64,000 bases of DNA from Octopus sinensis. Its lineage: Eukaryota. The stretch is from NCBI RefSeq assembly GCF_006345805.1, contig NW_021832854.1, forward strand, positions 1 to 64,000. The letters run 5' to 3'. Shown piece after piece: positions 13,680 to 25,354 of this stretch; positions within the stretch are counted from its first letter, which is position 1, and every line of letters begins with the position of its first letter. A program made the translations under genes and the position numbers. Under the pieces are notes generated by a model. The model was given only the letters and a program-made list of their open reading frames with translations. It did not search any database and was not told where the DNA came from.

Positions 13680-14469
13680 TCTGAAAATTCTCAACACACT
13701 AACCTAATAATGTTACTTGTATTTTGTAGAGTGGTTGTTACAATACTTTTCCTTTTACATATTGGTATTCCTCCACAAACTTGGCTGTTATGCCATTGAA
13801 TGTGCAAGCGTTCCTTGGTTAAACAGTAGATTGGTTCCACGAGTCACCGTACAAATGAAAACTGAATAAATCATGGAAAATTAAAAGAATTAGTTATTGA
13901 AATGGAGATAATATATATGATTGACATGTGTACTATTAGGAGGTCTTCAATCAAAGAAAAATTTTGAAAGATAATGAAAACAATTGTTATTGGAAAATAA
14001 AACTGATCATGATGACACTATTATTATTTAAGTTATGAATCTTCTTGAGGATACTCAATATATTTTGGACTCATTGATTAATCATAAGGTAAAAAAAAAA
14101 ATTGGCCACAACCAAAACTGTTTAAGTGAAAACATGCAAAGCCAGTATAGCATAAAACAAGGACATGTGTGATTTATGTCTATTTTTCCATTCTAACATG
14201 GGTTAGATGAAAATATTATCTAAGGCATTGTTTTACACCTGGATGCCCCTCCTATTTTTTTTCCCTCTGTACATTTTCATTTCATCATAGTTTTGCTGTT
14301 TAAAAACATTTGACAAGATCCTTTGATCATATTAAACAGCAAAACTGATAACTTGGATTTTTTGGTGATACAGATTACTCTGGAAGTAACTATTTAACTC
14401 TCTTAATTTTTTGCTGCCTTTGTTACTTCAGTATAATGCATGTATTCCTCACCTGTTTGTCAACTCATT

Positions 14470-14522
14470 TTCATCATCAACATCATCATCGTTTAACGTC
14501 CGCTTTCCAAGCTAGCATGGGT
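14470..14522 (-). mobile_element. Very short 3'-terminal RTE/SINE tail insertion
   Basis: catcatcatcgtttaacgtccgctttccaagctagcatggg is the reverse complement of the RTE terminus at 28222-28259. Confidence 0.7.
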
Positions 14523-15430
14523 TTTTTTCTTTAAAAATATTACATAAAAATATTACATAATAAACATGCCAAAAACAAGACATGAAGCAAGATGTAGTCC
14601 TCCAACTCATTAGGAGAGCAGTTACAACTCCTCTTACTCATACCAGATGTAAAATGGTAATGATATGTTTGTATTTAAATGCATGTGAGTTTGTGTATGT
14701 ATCATTTAACTACAACAGTAGTTGAATATTATTCTTAAGGCCGCAATTTACTCACATGCAGCATCTTTCAGAGTTTGTTGCTAATTCAGTTCTTAACCAA
14801 ATTGAAAACTTAATATTTTTGAAGAAGACTGGTCCCTAGCTACATTCTGGCATAAAAAAATTGTGATTTGATCCAGTAGAAAAAAAATTTACATCAAAAT
14901 TTGTAGCAACATTATTGGAGAGTAAATAATGCCACCAGTCAAGTTTAGATATAAATAACTTTTTTTATTTTAAAAACAAAATTTATCTATCTTAGCTTCA
15001 ATGATAGAAGAAAAGCATGAAGAATTTAATAGTCTTGGTCCCATGCAACAAAAATTTGTATCAAAAAAGTTGTGAGGTAAAATATCTTGAAAAAATATAA
15101 AGCAAAAAATTAGATTTAAGTATTATTAACTTCTTTATTTTAAAAAACAAACTATATTTTGATTAAACTTATATGATAGGGCTCAATTCGAAGAATTTCA
15201 TGGTATCAATCTCATGCTATGAAGTTTTAAAAGTAAAAAGTTATGAGTGTTTGGTTCTCAAATTTGAGGGTGATAATATAGTTCTATACTTTTTTATGAA
15301 TATAGTTCTATAAGGGGACTTTTAATATATGTCACCAGCATTATTGAGTATCGAAAAAATTATCAACAACACCGCTAATTGACACATTATTAATTAACAT
15401 AATAGCATAGCTTGGAAAAACCATGGATTA

Positions 15431-15992
15431 CATGGAAAAATGCAAGCAAGAGAAATAATATCCTTAAGATTATAAACCTGGAGAATTACAGGACAAGTTA
15501 TTACTCTTGGAAAAGTTCAGGACAACTTATTACATCTGGTAAAGTACAGAACAAGAAAATTTTTACTTAACATATTGCAGCTAAGGATAAAATTTGAATA
15601 TGAAAAATTATTTGATTTTAATTTACAAAGTAACATTATAATTAAAAAAAGGTACAATTATTTTGTTAAAATTGACACATTAGAATATTGACACATTAGA
15701 ATACTTAAAAATGAGAGCCAGAAGTACCTATATAGCTAAAGTTTTATGCAAAGTAGGCAAATTCATTATGTCAAAAATAGGCATTGGGTCAAAACTAAAA
15801 ATGTGAAGACTTGACAATAACTTGGGCAATAACTCAAGCAAATTTTACTGTGAATTTGTTGATATAGGTAGATTTAAAAGTTTTTAGTTTTAATAAAAGC
15901 TAATATTTTCTAAATTTAAATATTTATTTGAAATTTTATTCTTAGCTGCAATATTTTAAGTAAAAATTTTCTTGTTCTGTACTTTACCAGAT

Positions 15993-16030
<38 letters not shown>

Positions 16031-17599
16031 TGTGTACAGTGCTCAAGGTGCACTACAACTCATCTAAAGTGTATATATAATCAGGTGTAGTTTCGACGGA
16101 TTTCGGGAAGCATGAGGGCCTTAAAGGATGCAGTGTCATGGCAGTCAACAACTGATGCAGGCAGTTTATTCCACGCTTCAGCAACCCTGAGCGTGAAAAA
16201 ATGTTTCTGAAAGTCATGGGAGCTGTGCTGTTTTCTGACTTTGTAGGCATGTCCACGTGTGTTAGACACATGGAGATCAAAAAGGTGTTCAGTGTTGTTG
16301 TTGGTGAGGTGGTTGATAACCTTGTGGGTGTTTACCAAGTCCGTCGCTAGACGCCGGAGCTTCAGTGAATCCATGCCCAGGGAAATAAGGCGCTCAGAAT
16401 ATGGTAGGTGTCTGATGGAGGGTATGCGTTTGGTTGCACGTCTCCAGGAGGTCAATGTTCTGAGCAAGATAGGGATTCCAAACTGATGATGCGAATTCCA
16501 AGTGTGGTCGTACCATAGCTGTATACAGTTTTAAATAGATGGCTGGAGAGCGGCTAACAAAAGTCTTGCTGAGTGATGCCAAGACACCCTCGGCCTTCTT
16601 GACAATTTTAGAGATATGCTTTGTCCAACGCAAATCACTGCTGACAGTGATGCCTAGGTCACGCTCGCAAGAGGATTTCTTGATATCAGTGTTGTGGAGG
16701 GAGTATGTGGACGCAGGGTTTTTTCTCCCAAAATGCATGGTGTTACACTTGTCCACAGCCAGTTTCAGTTGCCAGTCTGTGATCCATTGCTGCATTGTGT
16801 CTAGGTCTGATTGCAGGAAAGAGTTGTAGACATCAGGATCAGTCCTCTTGATTTCAAGGTACAGCTTGATGTCGTCTGCATATTTCAATACTGTGGCATT
16901 CTTTAAATTGGCATCTATGTCATTAATGTATGCCACAAACAGGAGGGGACCAAGGACAGATCCCTGTGGTACACCCGATGACATATCATATGGTGTAGAG
17001 TGCTGTCCTAGAACTGTGACTACCTCCTTTCGGCTGAGGATGAAGGATTTCAACCAGTTAAAAAGGTCATCCCCCCACACCCATTGCAGAGAGTTTCACC
17101 ATAAGCCTTTTGTGTGGCACAGAGTTGAAAGCCTTAGCAAAGTCAAGGTAGACAACATCCACCCATGAGCCACTGTCAGTAATCTGAGTAATGTCCTCAA
17201 GGAACTCGACAAGCTGGTCACTGCAGCTGGAGTTAGGGACAAATCCATATTGTGAGGGTCGGATGAGACTGTGAGAGCTCCAGAAGTTCCAGAGTGTTTC
17301 TCTGACACACGATTCCATCAGTTTTGCAATACAGCTAGTGAGACTGACTGGGCGATAGTTGACAGGTGATGTGCGGTCACCCTTTTTGAACAGAGGAATG
17401 ACACTGGCAGTTTTCCACTGCTCCGGAGTAGCACCATTGTTGAGACAGTACTGGAAGAAAATAGAAAGCTGGTGTAAAAGGAAGTGCCTGCCACGTTTGA
17501 GAAGCTGTCCTGATCTTTTCCAAATGTAATAACTTGTGCTGTAATTTTCCAGGTTTATAATCTTAAGAATATTATTTCTCTTGCTCACATTTTTCCATG
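15431..17599. mobile_element. TA-flanked MITE (~170-bp TIRs) whose right arm is split by a LINE
   Basis: TA|CATGGAAAAATG...CATTTTTCCATG|TA. Left arm 15431-15600 is the reverse complement of 15926-15998 joined to 17506-17599. The TA duplication indicates the Tc1/mariner superfamily. Confidence 0.8.
15995..17505 (-). mobile_element. 5'-truncated CR1-group LINE (RT C-half), copy 1, with (ATT)n tail
   Basis: Motifs YRPVSLTS, YLDFAKAFNSV, GVPQGSVLGPLLF, YADD and the CR1-type C-terminus TRGHAYKV...FFTLRVAEAWNKLP. Frameshifts near 17071 (+C) and 16444 (11-bp deletion). Confidence 0.95.
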
Positions 17600-18714
17600 T
17601 AATATATTTATATACATACAAGAGTGAAAGTTCCTGATGAGCCAAAAGTGAAACAAAATATATATTTCATCAGACTAATGATTATAGACTAAATATTTTT
17701 ATTTACTCTCAGACTTATGTTAAATACTTTATCCTAAGTGGCCAGATGTAACTTTTTTTCAGCCTGTCACCCCTTAGAGTGTGTGTGTGTCTGTGCACTG
17801 TATGAAGACTCTCACAGTGTATAACTTAGGGTAGTTGGTTATGTATATGTAGTTATATTTTCCTTCCCTTTTTTGCTATTTTGTCAATACATTCAAGGAA
17901 TTTAATTTTATTGTCATTTCCATTTCAATAACAAGTAGGGTATGATAGTGGCTTTTTAAACTATAAAAATTAGCCAAAAATTCCATTATATCTGTAAAGA
18001 TTTTGGTTACAGAAAATTGCTTAGGAATTTTGTACTCCCCCACCCCCACCCTTAGTTGTTGGGGATTTTTAGAATTTCAGTATCAACAGTTGATTGAAAT
18101 CAACTTCTAATAGACCTTCAGAAGAAACTCAAATTTTCTTTCCCTCCTCCTCTTCCTCCTACTCCTACTATCACCATCGTTATCATCGTCATCATACAAA
18201 GTTTGAAAAATATTGAGAAAATGCAATCCCCTTTGGTAGATATACAAAATCTACTTCTTTATTTTACTCTCTATAAGTTGCTTGTCCATATAATAATGTA
18301 CTACAGGTGATGAAAAATATGCTAACATTTAGTGACATAAACATAGGCATTAAGTAGTTATTTTCTATATTACTCAACAATTCTGAAAGCTCTTCCCTTT
18401 AGCTGTTCTTGGTCATGTGCAATTATTGTTTTCTTTTGGGTTTTTTTATATTTTAAAAATACTTTTCTTTTTAAGGCATGTATTTCATCTGTATATATTT
18501 CACTATTCAGGATTTGGTTTCAGTTGTTGGATTCAGTATTTTTTTAGATAACTTATTTAAGATTTTGTTAGAAATTATATTGTCTCGCAGCCATATATCG
18601 TAGTGAAACCATTTGTCTAACTTGTATGAAGTCATGTTAGGCTTACTTTGTAAGTACTTAACATGTTCAGATCTGTAAGCATCTTAATCTGCTAATATAC
18701 TTAATGTATTTTTT

Positions 18715-18930
18715 ACTTGTTTCAGTCATTAGATTGTGGCCATGCTGGAGCATAGTCTTGAAGAAATTTTTAGTTGACCTCAGTACTTCTTTTCTTTTTA
18801 TCTAAGCCTGGTACTTATTGTATCAGCCTATTTTGCCAAACTGCTAAGTTATGGGGGTGAGGGGTTAACACACCAACACTGGTTGTCAAGCAATGGTGGG
18901 GGACAAACAGACACAAAGACACACACAATT
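18715..18930 (-). mobile_element. SINE body fragment
   Basis: cttgtttcagtcattagattgtggccatgctggagc...ctgctaagtt...ggggacaaacagacac, homologous to 40645-40840. Confidence 0.7.
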
Positions 18931-19149
18931 CTACTTTCTGAATATGGTTGACTTGGAAAAAGAACTTATTCTCTTTTTACTTTTAGTAAATAATTAAAGG
19001 TAGAATCAACACAGATGTAGAATTAATTATACCCCAAGAAGCTACAAATTTATTCATCTTATTATTCCACCCACAAGAGCATACAAAATAAAAATGGTGT
19101 ATAATAAAATAAGTGAACAAAGAATATCTCCCTTCTTAGTTTTTGTTTC

Positions 19150-19421
19150 ATATTTAAATCTGTCATTACAGAGTGACTGTGTGGTAAGAAGCTTGGTTTA
19201 GTCCCACTGCATGTCACTTGGGCTGACCAAAGCCTTGTGGGTGGATTTGGTAGACGGAAACTGAAAGAAGCCCGTTGTATGTATATATATATATATATAT
19301 TCTATCAGTCCCTTTTACCAAACTGCTAAGTTACAGGCCATAAACACTAACATCGGTGGTCAAATGATGGTAGAGGGACAAACAGACACCCAAATACATA
19401 CCTATCTATCTATCTATATAT

Positions 19422-19471
<50 letters not shown>

Positions 19472-19713
19472 ATATAGATAGATAGGTATGTATTGGGTGT
19501 AGATAGATAGGTATGTATTTGGGTGTCTGTTTGTCCCTCTACCATCATTTGACCACCGATGTTAGTGTTTATGGCCTGTAACTTAGCAGTTTGGTAAAAG
19601 GGACTGATAGAATAAGTACTAGGCTTACAAAGAATAAGTCTTGAGGTTGATTTGTTTGACTAAAGGTGTTGCTCCAGCATGGCTGCAATCAAATGAATGA
19701 AACAATTAAAAGA
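19150..19713 (+). mobile_element. tRNA-derived SINE with an internal inverted duplication
   Basis: Head fragment, (TA)n and a body ending tgaaacaattaaaag. An extra reversed copy of the body start occupies 19299-19411. Confidence 0.75.
19299..19613. repeat. Perfect 113-bp inverted repeat around a (TA)n spacer
   Basis: 19299-19411 is the exact reverse complement of 19501-19613 by base-by-base comparison. Confidence 0.95.
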
Positions 19714-20311
19714 ATAAAAGAATAATTGATTTTAATGGTTTAACATTTACATAGAAGTTTGCACAATGGGATTAAACCAAGACTGTGGTTGTGAAGCAAA
19801 CTTCTTAATTACATGGCCAGCTTTGTATACATTTTCTTGGATTAGAGTTCATCTAAAGGATTTCAATTTTTGTATGTTTATAAGATGCAATATAGCTGAA
19901 TGTTTAAGTTATTTGTTTTGCAATTATGAGGTCCTAGGTTCACTCCTGCTGCATGGTATCTTGGGCAAGTGTCCAAACCTCACACCACTTCAAGCTTTGT
20001 GAATGAAAATGAGTGGAGGGAAACTATGTGGATGGCTTCTAGGGTAGGTTGGATCTGTAATTTAATAGTTTATCCATTTCACATGAACTGGTTTCAGTTC
20101 ATTGTAAACTTTAGTATTAGCCACTAGCTAATTTAACGAACAGGTAATTCAGTTCAAACAACTAAAAACTCATGGTTGGAAATTCTGACAAGATTTTTTT
20201 CATCTATGTTAAAATGTTGCATCAGTAAAATTGAATCTATTTGGGCAAAAGTTCATATTGGTCTTCTATCTGTTTTGTCATGCTAGCAAGTTTGGTTGGT
20301 TTGGTAAATTG

Positions 20312-20349
<38 letters not shown>

Positions 20350-22447
20350 CACATAGTTTTACAGTTAATTATAAATTGGAATCAGTATACATTTTTAGCT
20401 ATGTTAACTTAAATAAGTAATGTAGGATACCTTATGACTCAACAATTTTGACATCAATTGTGTTCTTTGTGTGTGTGTATGTGTGTGTTATTTTTATCGA
20501 GTAATTTTCTTTTTTTGTGTGTGTTCCCTGGTTTCAGTTCATTGTAAACTTTATATACTTCAGTTAGGAGAGAAACACTTTCTAATGGAGTATGCAAGTC
20601 ATTAGACATTGTTTAGCAGAAACAAGAGCAAGCAGATTCTAATCCTTTAATAGATTAAATATCAGTACTAATACTAAATTTTATTTTCTACAGTGAAATA
20701 GAACTTTTGTTCTTTGTCTATATTATCTAAATTCACTTTCATATAAATATCTAACCATTTAATAAGATCTAACATCACAATCACCAACACCACCACCTTC
20801 ATCATCATCATCATTATCTCTGTACTCCTTTACAATTAACAGCAACTTTTTTTTTTCACTTGTAATGAAAGCACTTAATTGATTATTCAGGTTTTATCAC
20901 CATTTCTTTACATTAATTGAAGCACTAGTTTGTCTATTCTGAATCCTTTTCTTTATCTCCTTCTTGCACTGTCCCATTATATTTATAGTTTATATTTCCA
21001 AGATATGACTATTATTTTTACTGAAGACAGAATGATATGAAGATAATATTTAGAAGAATAACAATAGAAACAGTGTCCATTTAATTATTAAAATGTTTTA
21101 ACTTTTAAATTACTTTAAATAACAGACTGCATTATTTAAATTATTTATGAATATGATACTTAAATTAATATTCACTCCACAACAATGAAAGTATATTAAT
21201 GGAAATGGTAAATGTAATGAACTGATGAAGACTGAGACTTAAATCATTATCAAAGAACAGAACATTATAGATAAGAAAAAGAACATTCATATAGATTTTA
21301 TTTTCTTCTTCATCAATACATTCTAGGAAACTGGTTGAATCAACTTAAATCTGTTACATATTATACATCAGTGCAGCTTTTCATATTATAGTGGAGGATT
21401 TTATTGTGATCCGTTTACTTGAAATCTGGGTAAATAAAGAACCTTGTGTGAAGTGGTAATATCTTAATGTATAGCATGCATTTCATCCATATTTTAAATT
21501 CATGTTTTATATTGTAATGTAGCAATTAATTACCAATAATAATGATAAAAAAACACTTTCTATTTTATCGTATTTATTTAAATACATATGGTTTTAAGAT
21601 TGCTGTAAGACACGAGCTGCACATATGCATGTTTATACATACAAACACATCTTTCTTTTCCTTAGTGTTCATAAATTTCCTATATTACCATTTATCATTA
21701 AACATCCTTTTTCACATCCTGCTACTTAAACACAGTATTCTCACTCCATTTAACACCACCCTTCAGTTTTGGGGTACCTTTAGCTGAGTTCCTTTTGTCA
21801 CAAGCATTTGGACTATGATGTTTCTCGTCTGAGGATGACTTAATATTTTGATATAGTACTTCCTGCTGCACCTTGTATAATACCACTGATTTTTGAAGGG
21901 ACAGTTGAGCTATTTATAAGGATCAGAATCCTGGCTAATAGCAATACTTCCTTCTTTCTTTCCCCTATTTTCTTGAAAGGGACACTACTTTCCTACATTC
22001 TTCCTTTGACTTAACCATTGGAGAAAAATATGACAAACATAGCTATTATCTACCTCCTCAATAACATTTTTTTATAAACTTTTTTGTTTGAAGAACACTG
22101 CTTAAAGATTTTTATGAATATTATATTCCTTCTCTCATTACTCACTGAGTGGATAATGTGAAAAGCAATACAGGAAGGTGCCATCAAAATATATGGTTTG
22201 CATATTCATAATCTGAAGTAATGCAGATGATACTGCTCTACTTGCCAACTCTGAAGCTGGTCTATGAGAAATGATAGAGTCAAGAAGGTATCAAATACAC
22301 ATGTCTTTATATCAACCATAAGAAAACAAAAGTCATGGTCACAGGAAAAGAGAAAGTGAATGGTAACATCAAAATGGACAGCAAGAGGCTCAAACAGGTT
22401 GAACTGTACAACTATCTCAGAGCTCAAATCCTTGATGAAGCTCATCA

Positions 22448-23292
22448 GCATCATCATCATTTAATGTCCGCTTTCCATGCTGGCATGGATTGGACAGTTT
22501 GACTGAGGACTGGCAAGCCAGAAGGCTGTACCAGGCTCCAATCTAATTTGGCAAATTTTGTACAGCTGGATGCCCTTTCTAACACCAATTACTCCAGGAG
22601 TGTAGAGAGTGCTTTTTACATGCCACCAGCATGTGGGCCAGTTAGGTGATACTGGCATCGACCACACTTAAATGGTGCTTTTTATGTGCCACCGGTATGG
22701 GAGCCAGTCAGGCAGCACTGGCAATGACCATGCTCAAATGATGCTTTTTACGTGCTACCAGCATGGATGCCAGTCAGGTGATACTGGCATCGGCCACAAC
22801 AATGACTTCACTTGACTCTACAGGTCTTCACAAGCACTGTTTATTGCCCAATGATTGAAGGGTACTCTTAAATGGGCTGGTTATGCTGCACTGGCATAGG
22901 TCACAGTTACGGTCTCACTTGACTTGCCGAGTCTTCTCAAGTACAACATATCTCGTCATCGCCTCCATGGGGCCCAACATTCAAAGGTCATGCTTCACCA
23001 CCTCATCGCAGGTATTCCTGGGTCTACCTTTTCCACAGGTTCCCTCTCCTGCTAGGGTGTGACACTTTATCACACAGCTGTCCTCAACCATACACAACAC
23101 ATGACCATACCAGCGCAATCATCTCTCTTGCACACCACATCTGATGCTTCTTCTGTCCAACTTTTCCCTCAGGGTACTTACACTCTGCTGTGCATGCACA
23201 CTGATATTACACATCCAGTGGAGCATATTAGCTTCATTTCTTGCAAGCTTATCCATATCCTCAGCAGTCACGGCCCATATTTCACAACCATG
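22448..23292 (-). mobile_element. RTE LINE 3' fragment (RT C-terminus plus 3' UTR)
   Basis: Reverse-complement homology to 27250-27620 (e.g. tcaaaggtcatgcttcaccacctcatc) and to the 27700-28259 UTR; (ATC)n tail at the left end. Confidence 0.85.
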
Positions 23293-23366
23293 ACAACGGA
23301 CGTTAAATGATGATGATGATGAAATATTTACTTCCCCACTTCACTTATATACACATAAATATGTAA

Positions 23367-23475
23367 TTTGGGAAATGGTCAGATTTGCAGATCTCTGAAC
23401 AGACTAATTCCTGACCAGTCCTCTGGTCAGGAATTAGTCTGTTCAGAGATCTGCAAAACTGTCCATTTCCCCAAA
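23367..23475. repeat. Fold-back hairpin: perfect 35-bp stem with 4-nt loop plus imperfect outer extension
   Basis: tttgcagatctctgaacagactaattcctgaccag (23384-23418), loop tcct, exact reverse complement (23423-23457). Outer tttgggaaatggtcaga pairs imperfectly with actgtccatttccccaaa. Confidence 0.95.
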
Positions 23476-23950
23476 TCCCCTTAAAGTATGGAGGCTGTAT
23501 ATATTTTCTCTCTGTTACTTTTCCTTTTATCTCTCAATTTTTTTTTTTATAAAAAAAAGTTTCTTGTATGTTTTCTTTTTACTTTCCCTATTCAGCTAAT
23601 CTACATATTTTCTAAGGTTCTTTAAAATTTACAGCTTATCTTTCTATTTTCTGTTGTTAAATCACTATCTCTCTGATTTATGTGACAAAGCCTACTGATA
23701 CTGTTGAACAAAAGTCAGCAAAATTCTAACAAAAATGTACATTACTAGGAAAACGTTTGAAATGATATTTTAGAATTGCACAAATGTGTTTGATTTCCTT
23801 ATTTCAGAGGGACATAATGTTAGAGTAACTGAAAATTTATTTAAATATTCTATTTTGGGACAGATTTAATTTTTCTTTGAAATGCCAAGTTCTAAATCTT
23901 ATACAACATAAAAAGATTCAAATGATTTTCTGTTAGATAGATTTACATGT

Positions 23951-24318
23951 TTATTACCTCTGCCTTAGTGAAATGGAGGTATTGTTTTCAGTTGTGTTTG
24001 TTTGTTTGTTCATGGACATTATATCTCAAGAACCCCTGGATGGATTTGGAGGAAACTTTCAGAGATGTTTGGCCTCATGACTGGCATGAACTGATTAGAT
24101 TTTGGGATCAATCTGGTACTGGACAAGGATTATGGATCATTTTTCCAGTTTTTTTACTTAATTTTTGAGAGCCATTGGGTTCATTTTTAGTATTCTCGTT
24201 TGTGAGAGCAGTTGAGTTTATTTCAGATATTCTCATTTTAAAAATCATCTCTGGCTAATCGTTGAGAGGACTTTGGTGTTGCTTTGGCTGAGGTTTATGC
24301 TCTTTGAGTGCTCTTGTT
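23951..24318 (+). mobile_element. Non-autonomous Helentron-type element (HINE/DINE-1-like)
   Basis: Starts ttattACCTCTGCC, followed by a (GTTT)n tract and ggatggatttggaggaaacttt; ends GGCTGAGGT (subTIR) followed by gctctttgagtgctcttgtt in a T-rich target. Confidence 0.6.
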
Positions 24319-25354
24319 ATTTATAGTAGTGTGTTTTGCACAGTAATAACACCTTCTTTACTTTCTTCAGTTGTTTTTTTAAGAAAATAGTTTCTAAATT
24401 TTGTTTTTGTTTAAAACTCCATCAATTAGTTGTGAAAGACAATTATTTTCTTTCAGTCTTTCTTTTCCAATATATTTTGATAGCAACTGTTATATTATGT
24501 TCATATGATTAAACTGGCAACAATATTTAATCATATTTTATTTTCTTTTTCCCCCCATCTCTCTCAGCTAGTATATTAACATATTTCTGTTAACTAACTA
24601 CTAATATTGTTTGGTGAATAATGTTAATGCATGTGTGTATGCATATGTTTTTGTTTTTTTTTGTTTTTTTGTCCATAATAAATATAGTTCCTATATAAGT
24701 AACAATAAATATATTCAAGTAAATGTATACAAGTAAAATATAAATATAATTCTGTTTGCAATATTTTTCCCTATCATTGATATACTTTACTATTTCAGAA
24801 TTATGTTGTATGGTTCAATGCTGGTTTTCTATTCTTCTTCTCTGTTGTCTTCTTTGTAAGGGTCTCAAAAACTAGCTACTGAGAGATAATTTGTCAATTT
24901 CTTCTCAAAGTTATTCGTTGTAGACATCATGATCATGAAATCTGATATGTTCTATCAAATACTTTATTTACTATCTAATGAACTATAATTATTTTATACA
25001 CACTGGACAAAAATTTAATATAGTAGACTTAGCAGTGGTTATATTACTTGTGTGTTCACTTTTATTTTATATATATATTAAATTTCAAGGTTTCCTGAGT
25101 TGATCTTTTTATGTTCTACTGGATAAATGCAAAATAAATAAGTAAAACCTTCAACTTAGTGTATGTGTTGTGTGTGTGTGTTGTATGCGTGTGCCAGCTG
25201 GTTGAGTCAGTAATCTCCTTACCTTGGTATACCTGTAAATAACTACAATACTCCATTCAGTAGTTTTGCTTATCAGCCATGCCATTTTCATACCTGTTTT
25301 TTTTTGTTTTTTTTTTTTGATAATTAGAAGTTTTAAGAAATACACCATTTATCA

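Noticed and set aside
16259-17168. Plus-strand ORFs over the LINEs (also 46700-47991, 36565-37692, 26256-26702 minus)
   Set aside because: They are antisense shadows of RT coding sequence.
17067-17645. 192-aa ORF as a novel protein
   Set aside because: It is chimeric: the N-terminal part reads through flank and MITE arm and only enters LINE RT at 17505.
17634-17672. Hammerhead-like CTGATGA-GCcaaaaGT-GAAAC
   Set aside because: No stem III/UH site and no stem I partner.
18307-18386. C/D box snoRNA candidate (GTGATGA...CTGA, 80 nt)
   Set aside because: There is no terminal stem and no rRNA/snRNA complement that I could recognise; such box pairs are frequent by chance.
22495-22535. CTGAGGA-C-TGGCaaGCCA-GAAG antisense to the RTE 3' UTR
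   Set aside because: It has GAAG rather than GAAA, and the second copy near 28180-28210 lacks both core strands.
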